Source of the DNA: a virus
Virus record (IMG/VR): IMGVR_UViG_3300009080_000001
Coordinates: 20,759-84,758 of that record
Length of the DNA stretch: 64,000 nucleotides
Strand: one strand, 5' to 3'
Under the pieces are notes generated by a model that was given only the letters and a program-made list of their open reading frames with translations, was not told the DNA's origin and did not search any database. Both the position numbers and the translations under genes were made by a program. Position 1 is the stretch's first letter; every line of letters starts with the position of its first letter. Below, piece by piece: positions 1 to 9,118 of this stretch.

Positions 1-67
1 TGTGCTAGTCATGATTATAGTTGTCCAGATAAATGCGATCAGTGGGCAATGGAATTTTTAGAGGAAA

Positions 68-328
68 ATGAGGAGGAAATTAATGGAAATTAATATTATA
101 GACGTTGAACAAACTTTTTACAGAGAATTATTAAGGTTATCTAAAGAAAAGCTAGAGGATAAAAGGGCAGATTTATTTAATGCAACAAAATATACATTAA
201 GTTCTGATTTTATTGATTATGATAAACTTACTGATGATTTAATTACAATAGATAAACAATTGAAAGCCGTTAATCAGGAGATTAAGATACATACTCCAGT
301 TTTTTGTGAAGATGATATCCCATTTTAA
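68..328 (+). CDS. hypothetical protein
   Basis: ORF; likely start at ATG 83 after GAGGAGG; ends EDDIPF. Confidence 0.6.
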   Translation: MRRKLMEINIIDVEQTFYRELLRLSKEKLEDKRADLFNATKYTLSSDFIDYDKLTDDLITIDKQLKAVNQEIKIHTPVFCEDDIPF

Positions 329-330
329 AT

Positions 331-379
331 TGTAAAATTTACACAGGCTATTGACGCAAGGTATCAAATAGACTATACT
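331..379 (+). promoter_or_regulatory. sigma70-type promoter with upstream palindrome TGTAAA-A-TTTACA
   Basis: TTGACG 351-356, 17-nt spacer, TATACT 374-379; palindrome at 331-343. Confidence 0.8.
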
Positions 380-434
380 AGTAATAGGAAATAACTTAAC
401 AAAGTTGTTAGCACAACAAAAAAAGGAAATAACA

Positions 435-1013
435 ATGACTAAACTATTCACAAGAAATTCAAAGTTAAAGAAAGCTGAGTATCATACTGTAAATTTTGGT
501 ATCCCTGCTTTAAAGACTTGTCCCGAAGCTGATAAGTGTAAGTCATTCTGTTATGCTAATAAAGGTGCATATACGTGGCCTGTAGTTAAAGCGGCCTATG
601 AATTTAGATACCAAGCAACTAAGCAAACAGATTTTATTGAGGTTGCTGTTAGTACTTTATCTAAAATGAGAAAACTTGATGCTGTGCGTATACATGATTC
701 TGGGGATTTTTACAACAAAGAGTACCTTTATAAATGGTTCGAAATAGCTCGAAATATGCCATCTAAGACGTTCTATGCCTACACTAAGAGGGTTAAGTTG
801 CTTAAGGATAACGAGGCTTTAAAACCTAGTAACATGGTTATTATATATTCATTAGGTGGTAGAGAAGATAGCTTGATTGACCAAAAAGTAGACAGGCATA
901 GTAAAATTTTCAATAACCTTGAAGAATTAGAAAAATCAGGGTATATTGATACTAGTAAGAACGATAGCAATGCTATTAAAGATAATCACAAAGTTGGATT
1001 AGTATTACATTAG
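435..1013 (+). CDS. gp88-like protein (Cys-cluster, radical-SAM-related fold)
   Basis: TCPEADKCKSFCYA, VRIHDSGDF and FYAYTK motifs typical of the GP88 family; ATG 435 after AAGGA. Confidence 0.75.
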   Translation: MTKLFTRNSKLKKAEYHTVNFGIPALKTCPEADKCKSFCYANKGAYTWPVVKAAYEFRYQATKQTDFIEVAVSTLSKMRKLDAVRIHDSGDFYNKEYLYKWFEIARNMPSKTFYAYTKRVKLLKDNEALKPSNMVIIYSLGGREDSLIDQKVDRHSKIFNNLEELEKSGYIDTSKNDSNAIKDNHKVGLVLH

Positions 1014-1023
1014 GAGATAAGAA

Positions 1024-1265
1024 ATGAAAAAAGTACATGATACTAAAACAAAAAATATGTTTTAAATGGATATTTAAAAAGAAATAGTATATTTATTATT
1101 AAATTTGAAATGAATTATGTTAAAAACGGATATAGTAAAACATTCAAACATAGTGTTATTTTATTAGGAGTAGAATATAAGATAGAATTTGCTATATATA
1201 ACAAGTTTATAGAAGATGGGAAAAAGTATGTTTTAAGTAAAGGTAGGCAAGTAGAATGTAACTAA
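1024..1265 (+). pseudogene. small gene split by a -1 frameshift, or slippage-dependent
   Basis: SD GGAG + ATG 1024 gives 13 codons; the -1 frame is open from about 1053 to TAA 1263-1265 across an A6 run. Confidence 0.4.
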
Positions 1266-1313
1266 GTAAAAATTACACACTAGATTGACGCAACAAGAAA
1301 AACATGAGATACT
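1266..1313 (+). promoter_or_regulatory. sigma70-type promoter with GTAAAAATTACA box
   Basis: TTGACG 1285-1290, 17 nt, TGn-GATACT 1308-1313. Confidence 0.75.
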
Positions 1314-1336
1314 AAATATAGAAAAGGAGTTAAGAA

Positions 1337-1588
1337 ATGAACAAACAAGAAATTAGAAAAATGGTAGGCAATCAATTCTTTAGCGCAGTATTTGTAAAAA
1401 GAAATGGTGAGGTTAGAACAATGTTATGTAGATTAGGTGTTAAAAAGCATTTAAAAGGTGGCACAAAGAAATATGACTATGACCATCTAATGACAGTATA
1501 TGACGTTAAAAAGAAAGGTTATAGGACAATTAACATGGATACACTATTGCAAGTTAAAGCTAATGGTAAAGTGATTAAGGTTAAATAG
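1337..1588 (+). CDS. SH3-like/WYL-like beta-barrel protein (DUF2693-type)
   Basis: FFSAVFVKRNGEVRTM...VYDVKKKGYRTIN pattern. Confidence 0.65.
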   Translation: MNKQEIRKMVGNQFFSAVFVKRNGEVRTMLCRLGVKKHLKGGTKKYDYDHLMTVYDVKKKGYRTINMDTLLQVKANGKVIKVK

Positions 1589-1693
1589 TGGAAAAGTGCG
1601 GAACATATCACAGTGAGGAAAATGTTAGATATTGTAGAGAGGTATTATTAGAAAAACTTGAGAAAGCTAATAAAGAAATAAAGGAATTAAAAA

Positions 1694-1882
1694 ATGAATA
1701 ATCAACAAAAACAAATGCAAGAGTTAAGTTATCAGTTAGGATTAAAGAAGCTCTCAGAGGCTCTAGAATCGGCTGAGAAAGCTCAGGATAGTAAAAGGGT
1801 ATCTGAGGTATTGGCTAAAATGGAAAAGCTTATAGACTCAAATGAGAAGCTACAAAATACAGAGAAAATATGGTTACACTAG
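1694..1882 (+). CDS. hypothetical protein
   Basis: ORF with SD AAGGA. Confidence 0.55.
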   Translation: MNNQQKQMQELSYQLGLKKLSEALESAEKAQDSKRVSEVLAKMEKLIDSNEKLQNTEKIWLH

Positions 1883-2187
1883 AATATAAGTTAAAAGGCA
1901 ATGAATTTAAACTACTCCAGTACTTAAAAACTTTAGATAATATTAAATCTCAAGGTGATATGGCACAGGATTTGTATATGAGTATCAGGACTGTAAGAGG
2001 TACTTTAAAGACATTAAAAGAGTATAATGTTATCGAAGTAGGCAAGTCCGGTGTTAAGGTTAATGATATTAGTTTATGGGATTTAGAAGCTTATACTACA
2101 AAGAAGTTTAAAACAGAATTGCCTAAATTAATAGCTCAAGAGGAGTTGGAAAATGGAAATAAAGAAGAGTCGGAAGTTACTAATTAA
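1870..2187 (+). CDS. winged-HTH DNA-binding protein
   Basis: SQGDMAQDLYMSIRTVRGTLKTLKEYNVIEV HTH pattern. Confidence 0.7.
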   Translation: MVTLEYKLKGNEFKLLQYLKTLDNIKSQGDMAQDLYMSIRTVRGTLKTLKEYNVIEVGKSGVKVNDISLWDLEAYTTKKFKTELPKLIAQEELENGNKEESEVTN

Positions 2188-2356
2188 ATTTGCTAGGCAA
2201 CAATTTAAAGAGGAACTTAAGTTTATGGACGATAAAATATATCATTGTGGTGTAAGATTTTATAGTGATAAGATGGTAAATGATTTAATTGAAAGCGGTA
2301 AGTCGGTTGGTGGTGCATTAGCTGAGTTAGCTGAGAAGGATCATAGGAGCTTATAA
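2153..2356 (+). CDS. hypothetical protein
   Basis: ORF with SD GAGGAG. Confidence 0.55.
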   Translation: MEIKKSRKLLIKFARQQFKEELKFMDDKIYHCGVRFYSDKMVNDLIESGKSVGGALAELAEKDHRSL

Positions 2357-2522
2357 TGGACATTGATAATTTAAAAAAAGACTTACATGATTTATTTTGT
2401 AAGTATAACATAGACGGTATATTTAGTGAATTTATAGACGACGGGGTGATTATAAAAGATAATGATGGAATATTTTACATATTAGATACTAAAGGAAAAA
2501 TTATTTCTATCGAAATTGATAG

Positions 2523-2571
2523 GTAAATTTTACACACTACTATTGACGCTAGGCATAAAATAAAGTATATT
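2523..2571 (+). promoter_or_regulatory. sigma70-type promoter with GTAAATTTTACA box
   Basis: TTGACG 2543-2548, 17 nt, TATATT 2566-2571. Confidence 0.8.
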
Positions 2572-2589
2572 ATATATAGGAGGTAAGGG

Positions 2590-2865
2590 ATGTTTTGGTT
2601 ATATGAATTAAGTGATGAAATGACACAACGTGGTATGTTTGAAGTTGATGGTAATTATGATGCTGTTGGTTTTTTTCTATCAAGAAAACTTGTCACAAAC
2701 TCATATATTAAAAACAATAAAATTACTTTAGAGGAAAACGGGTGGATTAAAAGAGATCTATTAAGTAAAAAGTTTTATTTAGTAGCAAATTGGGACGATA
2801 ACTTTGAAAACTTTACATATGTAAATGTTACACAGATGGTTGAAAAAAATAAATGGATAATGTAA
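2590..2865 (+). CDS. hypothetical protein
   Basis: ORF downstream of promoter, SD GGAGG. Confidence 0.6.
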   Translation: MFWLYELSDEMTQRGMFEVDGNYDAVGFFLSRKLVTNSYIKNNKITLEENGWIKRDLLSKKFYLVANWDDNFENFTYVNVTQMVEKNKWIM

Positions 2866-2898
2866 ACTATATATAGGAATTAACGCAAGGAGCTAAAA

Positions 2899-4800
2899 AT
2901 GAAATTGACTACTGATAACAAAACTGAAGACTTTGGACACAAGAAATTTAAGTTCAAGATCGACGAGAAACATGCCTTTAAAGCTATATGGGCATTGATT
3001 AATCTATATAAGTATAAGATCCAAACTCCAGTTCAAGAGGTTATATCGAACGCTAGGGATGCCCACAGAGAAGTAGGCAAGCCAGATCATACTTTTGATA
3101 TAAAGGTAACAGATACAGAGTTTATCGTTAGAGACTACGGTAGTGGTATTGATCCAGTAAAGGCTGAGAATATTTTTTGCTCTATTGGCGAGAGTACTAA
3201 GACAGGCGATAACGGTCAGACAGGCGGATTCGGTATTGGTGCAAAAAGTCCTCTAGCATACACTAAACAGTTTGAAATGATTAGTTATGTAGACGGTACT
3301 AAGTATCATTACTTCATTGCTAAAAATGGTGAAATGTTAGATATGAACTTAATCAGCACAGAGAGTACTAAAGCTAAAAACGGTACTAAGGTTATTATCC
3401 CTATTAAACAAAATACAGGATACTACAGAAACGAGTCTGATAAAAAGAGTTTTATTAAAGCAGTTGATAGGTGTTGTTATTTTTGGGAAAATAGACCTAA
3501 TTTTAACCACGAAATAGAGCCTCTAAAGCTGTTTAAAATAAAAGGTAAGTCTAACTATGCGTTTCATAATGCAAACATCGTAGACGGCAATCTCGTAGTT
3601 GTGGACGGTATCCCTTATAATGCTAATACTAATCAATGGAACTATAGCGGAAGTAGAGTAGCATTTTTCAATACTGGGGACTTAAGGATTCATGAGACTA
3701 GAGAAAGATTAGCAGATAATCCAGACGATAGTGCTTATAATATGGATAAAGTTAATGAAGCAATGGATTATATTAAAAACCATATGGACGTTAAACTTAA
3801 TGATTATATTGATAAAGATAGTATCTTTAAAAGTCTTAAAGTATTAAGTGATTTTGCTATACCTTTTAATTATAGACATGGTAACTATCGGTTTAAAAAC
3901 AGATTCATTGAGCTAGAGGGGTATGGTAAAAAATTCACTGTATATACTTCTAAATCAGGTGGTAGGTATCCATATAATTATAGATATAGAAAAGAAGATC
4001 AAAGTAGACTGAACTATAATGTCGAGGTATTTTATGATAATACCGGAGATAGTGTTCAAAAAGTTAGTCGTAGAGTAAAAGGTTACTTAACACAATTTGT
4101 TGAGAATAAAGAGAATAAAACTGTATATGTTACTACTAATAAACAGATAGCTAATATTTTCGGAGCAAAAGACTTAAGTACTTTAGAAGTGCCGAAAGTT
4201 AATAGAACTGGAGTTAAAAAACAAAATGAGCAGATAACTATTACAGAATTATATTGTTATGGTCAGAGTAGAATATATAAAAAACTTGATGATATTGTTA
4301 GTAAGTATATTTATTTAGGATTTAAAGAAGATATTAGTGAAACAATGAGATCTTTTTTAGATAGAAAAGGATATAGAGTCTGTAAACTTTCAAAAGATAA
4401 TATTGAAAAAGTTACAGGGCATGGAAAATTTACAGAGTATCATAATTTTGTTGAAAATTACAAATTGACTCAAGATGAAATAGACGGTATTTATTATTCA
4501 AGTATCAGGAGATATAACTTTAATGTAAATTTTACAGAGTTACTTGACAGTAAAATAAAAAGATACAAAGAAATTGCAGATCAATATAAAAGATGCGACA
4601 GTTATGGTGTGCCAGTTTCTCTTTATACAAAAGAAGTTGAGGCTACTATAGAAAAAATAAGTGCTGAGAACGCTGAGATTATCCATATAAAGGATTATAT
4701 TAGCGGAGAGTACCCTATGTTAGGTCACGGCAAAGACGTTAATACGGAGTATATCAACGCCATTTACAGCTATAGGAAAAATTTACATGGTGAAAAATAA
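2899..4800 (+). CDS. rIIA: rIIA-like protein with N-terminal GHKL/HSP90-type ATPase
   Basis: QEVISNARDAH, VRDYGSGI, GESTK and GGFGIGAKSPLAY motifs. Confidence 0.75.
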   Translation: MKLTTDNKTEDFGHKKFKFKIDEKHAFKAIWALINLYKYKIQTPVQEVISNARDAHREVGKPDHTFDIKVTDTEFIVRDYGSGIDPVKAENIFCSIGESTKTGDNGQTGGFGIGAKSPLAYTKQFEMISYVDGTKYHYFIAKNGEMLDMNLISTESTKAKNGTKVIIPIKQNTGYYRNESDKKSFIKAVDRCCYFWENRPNFNHEIEPLKLFKIKGKSNYAFHNANIVDGNLVVVDGIPYNANTNQWNYSGSRVAFFNTGDLRIHETRERLADNPDDSAYNMDKVNEAMDYIKNHMDVKLNDYIDKDSIFKSLKVLSDFAIPFNYRHGNYRFKNRFIELEGYGKKFTVYTSKSGGRYPYNYRYRKEDQSRLNYNVEVFYDNTGDSVQKVSRRVKGYLTQFVENKENKTVYVTTNKQIANIFGAKDLSTLEVPKVNRTGVKKQNEQITITELYCYGQSRIYKKLDDIVSKYIYLGFKEDISETMRSFLDRKGYRVCKLSKDNIEKVTGHGKFTEYHNFVENYKLTQDEIDGIYYSSIRRYNFNVNFTELLDSKIKRYKEIADQYKRCDSYGVPVSLYTKEVEATIEKISAENAEIIHIKDYISGEYPMLGHGKDVNTEYINAIYSYRKNLHGEK

Positions 4801-4803
4801 ATG

Positions 4804-4832
4804 TTGCGTAGAGTTAAAAAGTAGAGTATATT
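4804..4832 (+). promoter_or_regulatory. sigma70-type promoter
   Basis: TTGCGT 4804-4809, 17 nt, TATATT 4827-4832; GGAAAAATTTACA box at 4775-4787. Confidence 0.65.
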
Positions 4833-4878
4833 AATTATAGAAACTAAGTTGTTCTTAACAAACAGGAGGATAGAACAT

Positions 4879-6060
4879 ATGAAACTAACACAAATACCAC
4901 AAGCCGCAAAGGTTTGTTTCAAGAGTAAAGCAGCTACATTATGCCTAGTAGGAGTATCTGGATCTGGTAAGACAAGTATCTGGGGACAAACTTATAAGGA
5001 ACTAGGATTTGAAAATTATATTATCCTAAGACCTGCATTACTAGCTGATGCAGCAGATTTAATCGGTCTACCTGACTTTGAGATTATCGAGAAAGGTGGT
5101 AAGGCAGTTAAGACTACTGCATTTATGCGACCTAAATGGCTACCTTTTGAAGGTGATAATTGTTTGATTGTTATTGATGAGATTAACAGAGCAACTAAGG
5201 ACGTATCAAACGCATTGTTTGGACTGATTGAGTCGGAAGCCCCATTCATTGGTGAGTATAAACTTCCCGAAGGTTGTAAGGTAGTAGCAACGTGTAATCC
5301 GCCTACGGATAACTATGCAGGAGTACTAGACTTTGCAGATAGTGCATGGAGTTCAAGACTTAACTTTGTTAAGGTTGCACCAAGCTTAGAAACGTATACA
5401 AACTACGGTAGAGCTTCGGAAACTGTTAGTAACGTGATGTTAGACTTCCTAAATAAGAATGAAACTTTCTTTGGAACTAGCGGAGACTTTGATACTGATA
5501 TGTTTTTTACAGACGATAGTGAAGTTAAAGAGACTAATACAAGATCATTCTCAAAGGCATCGGCTATTCACGATACTGCTAAAGAGTTAGGCGTTGATAG
5601 AAATGTTACTTTTGAGTTAATAAAAGGAGTCGTTGGTACGGAATTTGCAACAGCATTTTTAAACTTTGCTGATACTTATAGTAATATCGTAACAGTTGAT
5701 GATCTACTTACAGATCCAGAGGCGCATACTAGATTCGATTATACGGCTCTCAGTGGTATCGCTAAGGTACTTCAAGACCTTAAGCATAAGTTAGGTAAGG
5801 GCGAAGTTGAAGAGGCTCAGATCCCGAATATAGCCCCTTTCCTTAAGCAGATCCCATTAGATACTCTTAAGGGATTTGTAGTGTACTTAGTAAAGGAAAA
5901 TAAGGACGAGAATGGTGCTTTAATGACGACATTCGCAGAAGCTTTAATTGACGATGATGAGATTAACGAGAAGTTAGACCTAGTTATGTCAGATGAAAGT
6001 ACTGAGGAGCTTATTGATTCTGACGAATCTGGAGAGGAGTCTGAAAATGAAGATAACTAA
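4879..6060 (+). CDS. MoxR-like AAA+ ATPase
   Basis: Walker A GVSGSGKT, Walker B IVIDEINR, VVATCNP, DSAWSSR; SD AGGAGG. Confidence 0.85.
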   Translation: MKLTQIPQAAKVCFKSKAATLCLVGVSGSGKTSIWGQTYKELGFENYIILRPALLADAADLIGLPDFEIIEKGGKAVKTTAFMRPKWLPFEGDNCLIVIDEINRATKDVSNALFGLIESEAPFIGEYKLPEGCKVVATCNPPTDNYAGVLDFADSAWSSRLNFVKVAPSLETYTNYGRASETVSNVMLDFLNKNETFFGTSGDFDTDMFFTDDSEVKETNTRSFSKASAIHDTAKELGVDRNVTFELIKGVVGTEFATAFLNFADTYSNIVTVDDLLTDPEAHTRFDYTALSGIAKVLQDLKHKLGKGEVEEAQIPNIAPFLKQIPLDTLKGFVVYLVKENKDENGALMTTFAEALIDDDEINEKLDLVMSDESTEELIDSDESGEESENEDN

Positions 6061-6295
6061 GACTGTAAATATTACACGGTATAACCATAATCGAAAGTTA
6101 TATGCTAAAAAAGGTGAGATAAGTGATAATGGTCATTATGTATCATTATCTGACTTAGAAGTTGAGATTAAGAAAGGTAATACAATAAACGTAACAGATG
6201 AGTTTGGAAATAATATGACTAACAAAGTACTACAAGGTATTGTTAGTAAAATGCAATTGAGTGACAGTGAGTTAGTGAAGTTAATTAAAGGTTAA
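6047..6295 (+). CDS. PhaR-like (PHB/PHA accumulation regulator) DNA-binding domain protein
   Basis: ITRYNHNRKLY...YVSLSDL..EIKKG..INVTD..GNNMTNKVLQGIV matches the PhaR N-terminal pattern KKYxNRRLYD...YVTLxD...G. Confidence 0.6.
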   Translation: MKITKTVNITRYNHNRKLYAKKGEISDNGHYVSLSDLEVEIKKGNTINVTDEFGNNMTNKVLQGIVSKMQLSDSELVKLIKG

Positions 6296-6433
6296 TTCCT
6301 AGACCTAGCACAAGTCTTAAAACTGAATTTAGTCCAGTGACCAGACCGACGATAAACAGAGGAATTTCTTATGGGAGCTACGTTATTGGTCAATCCTGAG
6401 TATGATTTGAAACTGCTCTTTTTGGAGATAAAA
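6296..6433 (+). ncRNA. candidate structured RNA leader or intergenic RNA
   Basis: two related small hairpin+AAACTG units, a TGACCA/TGGTCA stem and a possible H-type pseudoknot at 6392-6418. Confidence 0.3.
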
Positions 6434-6889
6434 ATGAAATATAACAGCATGAAAAAACAAGCATTTAAAGATTGGAAACGAGGTACTAAAACTCCGCAAT
6501 GGGCAAAGATAAATAAAAGGAAAAGAATATATGAACCAGAATATTACACAACCCTGAATAATTTACAGGGTACGTTGAATTTCCTTGACCATAAGTTTGA
6601 TAAATGTAATTTAGAGAATCTTGGTAATTATATTTATGAGATAAAAGATATTATAAAACCTAGACATATAGATAAAGAAGATTATTCAATGCAATATCAG
6701 ATATATAATAGTGGTATATGGAATGTTTTTAGTAGTTACTATAAGGACAAGACAGGTTACGGAGTACACTGGAAATTAGAGGAAGTTAACTATTCAAGAT
6801 TAGCTGAGAAAATGTATAAGATAACAGAGAAAAATAAGTTAAAATGTTTAGGAGGAGTAAGGTGGTTAGTGTGGGTAAAAATTACATAG
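6434..6889 (+). CDS. hypothetical protein with divergent C-terminal TRLARK module
   Basis: VNYSRLAEKMYK...GVRWLVWV; ATG 6434 after GGAG. Confidence 0.65.
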   Translation: MKYNSMKKQAFKDWKRGTKTPQWAKINKRKRIYEPEYYTTLNNLQGTLNFLDHKFDKCNLENLGNYIYEIKDIIKPRHIDKEDYSMQYQIYNSGIWNVFSSYYKDKTGYGVHWKLEEVNYSRLAEKMYKITEKNKLKCLGGVRWLVWVKIT

Positions 6890-6933
6890 TGGTTGACAAA
6901 TGATTTGCGTTATACTGTTACCTGTGTTATTAT
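6874..6933 (+). promoter_or_regulatory. sigma70-type promoter with GTAAAAATTACA box
   Basis: TTGCGT 6905-6910, 17 nt, TGn-TATTAT 6928-6933; extra TTGACA at 6893. Confidence 0.65.
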
Positions 6934-6970
6934 TAATTGTACTTAAGTTATCGTATGGAGGATAAATAAA

Positions 6971-8218
6971 ATGAGTGAAGAAAAGAAACAACCAACAGCA
7001 TTAGAAGTAGCACAAGGTAGAACTAGAATCGAGTTATTACTTACGAAGTTATATAACCACCCGACAGATAGATTCTATGCACATTTATTCTTCCATGTAG
7101 ATAGAAGAGTAGATAACGCAACGTGTCCAACAATGGGAGTTGGCATGAAAGGCGGAAGGATTCAGATGGTATATAATACTGAGTTCATTAAGCAATATAG
7201 TGACGAGGTTATTACTGAGATTCTTAAGCATGAATGTATGCACCTTATTAACGATCATATTAGTAGAGGTAGAGGTGCTAAAGAGAAGAATATGACTAAG
7301 CACAAGATGGAAAATATTGCCCAAGATTGTGCTATTAATCAATCGTTAAATGGTGCAATTATCAAGGAAATTGGTGGTGTAGATTTAGATAGCTTTAGGA
7401 AGCTCTTAACGCATCAACCAGAGGACTTTATACTTGAGGCAGGTATGACCTCAGATTATTATTATAAGCTCTTAGAACAGGAAAAGCAGGATCGTGAGGA
7501 TGCAGGAGAAGGCGACCAAGAGCAAGGTGAAGGATCACTAGGTCAACAGCTAGGTGACTTAGAAATGGACGATCATGGTCAATTTGGAGAAATGGACGCA
7601 TTAGATCAAGCTATGTTAGACGAAAAGATTAAGCAAGCTGCTGAGGACGCTAGAGCTAGTGGAGCAGGAAACCTACCAAGTGAAGTAGAGGAAATGTTAA
7701 AGCTTAGAAAGAAACCTAAAGAGAATTGGAAGAGGTTACTTAGACAATTTATTGGTGGTGGTGTTAGGTCTGATAAAAAGAAAACAAGAAGTAAACGTAA
7801 TAGACGTTACGGGATTAAGTTTTCAGGAAACAAAAAGGACTATGTTGCAAGGATATTAGTAGTACTAGATACATCAGGAAGTATGTACGGTGATAGAACT
7901 GACAAGGTACTGAATGAAATTTACGGTATCTGGAAAGCTAACCCATCAACTAAGCTCGACATTGTTGAGTGTGATGCTCAGATCCAAGACGTATTTGAGT
8001 ACGATGGTAAGGACAAATTTGCCATTACAGGGCGTGGAGGAACTAACATGACTCCTGCATTAGAGTATGCTGATAAACACAAGTACGACGGTGTTATAAT
8101 GCTTACAGACGGTGAATTTTGGGAGACTTTCAAGAATCATAAGACTCCTAGTTTATGGGTAATTGCAGGTAATCCAAGTTATACGTCGCCAATTGGTAAG
8201 ACGGTACATTTAAAGTAG
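6971..8218 (+). CDS. metallopeptidase-like + VWA domain protein (DUF2201-type), likely partner of the AAA+ ATPase
   Basis: HECMH (HExxH), NIAQDCAIN, MIDAS DTSGSM, GRGGT, LTDGE. Confidence 0.85.
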   Translation: MSEEKKQPTALEVAQGRTRIELLLTKLYNHPTDRFYAHLFFHVDRRVDNATCPTMGVGMKGGRIQMVYNTEFIKQYSDEVITEILKHECMHLINDHISRGRGAKEKNMTKHKMENIAQDCAINQSLNGAIIKEIGGVDLDSFRKLLTHQPEDFILEAGMTSDYYYKLLEQEKQDREDAGEGDQEQGEGSLGQQLGDLEMDDHGQFGEMDALDQAMLDEKIKQAAEDARASGAGNLPSEVEEMLKLRKKPKENWKRLLRQFIGGGVRSDKKKTRSKRNRRYGIKFSGNKKDYVARILVVLDTSGSMYGDRTDKVLNEIYGIWKANPSTKLDIVECDAQIQDVFEYDGKDKFAITGRGGTNMTPALEYADKHKYDGVIMLTDGEFWETFKNHKTPSLWVIAGNPSYTSPIGKTVHLK

Positions 8219-8227
8219 GAGGTAATT

Positions 8228-8563
8228 ATGGACGATATTAAAGTAGGAGATTATTTTAAAGACAGTAGTGGGTGTTATTTTGAAATAGCAGGGTATTTCA
8301 AAGATAGCGAGGATAAAAATATATACGTAATAAAGTTAGATGATTATATTGAAGGGGTTCCTTTAAAAAGACTTATTTCAGACTACGGATTTAAAAAACA
8401 AATTAATGCTCTTAATTTAGACGATAAATATAGCTATCATTATATGCCAAAACAATCAGATTGGACATTAGCATATGACAAAGTTAAAGATACAAGACTA
8501 GCAAGGAAAATGTGTAAGAAAATATACAAAGAAGAGGACGGTTGGTTATATGTCAAAATTTAA
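8228..8563 (+). CDS. TRLARK-module protein
   Basis: IKVGDYF start; C-terminal VKDTRLARKMCKKIYKEEDGWLYV. Confidence 0.75.
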   Translation: MDDIKVGDYFKDSSGCYFEIAGYFKDSEDKNIYVIKLDDYIEGVPLKRLISDYGFKKQINALNLDDKYSYHYMPKQSDWTLAYDKVKDTRLARKMCKKIYKEEDGWLYVKI

Positions 8564-8849
8564 AGTTGGTGATGTAGTTACTTTACGAAAAGATAGTAAA
8601 TATTACAAACATAACGATTTGTATGCTCATATATGTGATAAAGGATCTGGTACTATACTCGAAATCTATGACGATTATACCACACACATTTATGGGATAA
8701 AATGGAATAGTATGCCAGAAGGTGAACATGGGTATACTGACTGTTCGTTAAGAGAAGTTGATATAGAAATAAAATATAAATATACAAGACTAGCAGAGAA
8801 AGTCTACCCAAAAGGATATAAAGATGGTAAATGGTGGGTGTTATGTTAA
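8550..8849 (+). CDS. TRLARK-module protein (YTRLAEK subtype)
   Basis: KFKVGDVV start; YKYTRLAEKVYPKGYKDGKWWVL. Confidence 0.75.
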   Translation: MSKFKVGDVVTLRKDSKYYKHNDLYAHICDKGSGTILEIYDDYTTHIYGIKWNSMPEGEHGYTDCSLREVDIEIKYKYTRLAEKVYPKGYKDGKWWVLC

Positions 8850-9118
8850 AAGTTGAGGATTTAAGAGTTGGTGATATATTAGTAAACTCCTCTATTAAAT
8901 ATAGGATAGAAAGTATATCTGAAAAAGGATTTGTGCTATATTCGTATAGATATTCAGCTAGTCTTGAAAATGAGATATCTGTAAGTCATATGGGAAGGAC
9001 TATGAGAAACGGACACACTATATTACTATTTACAATAGTAAATAACACTAAACTAGCCCGTAAACTATACCCAAAAGCAGAGGTACTTGAAAACGGTAAA
9101 TTAAGGATTAGAGGATGA
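8843..9118 (+). CDS. TRLARK-module protein
   Basis: LRVGDIL; VNNTKLARKLYPKAEVLENGKLRI. Confidence 0.75.
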   Translation: MLKVEDLRVGDILVNSSIKYRIESISEKGFVLYSYRYSASLENEISVSHMGRTMRNGHTILLFTIVNNTKLARKLYPKAEVLENGKLRIRG

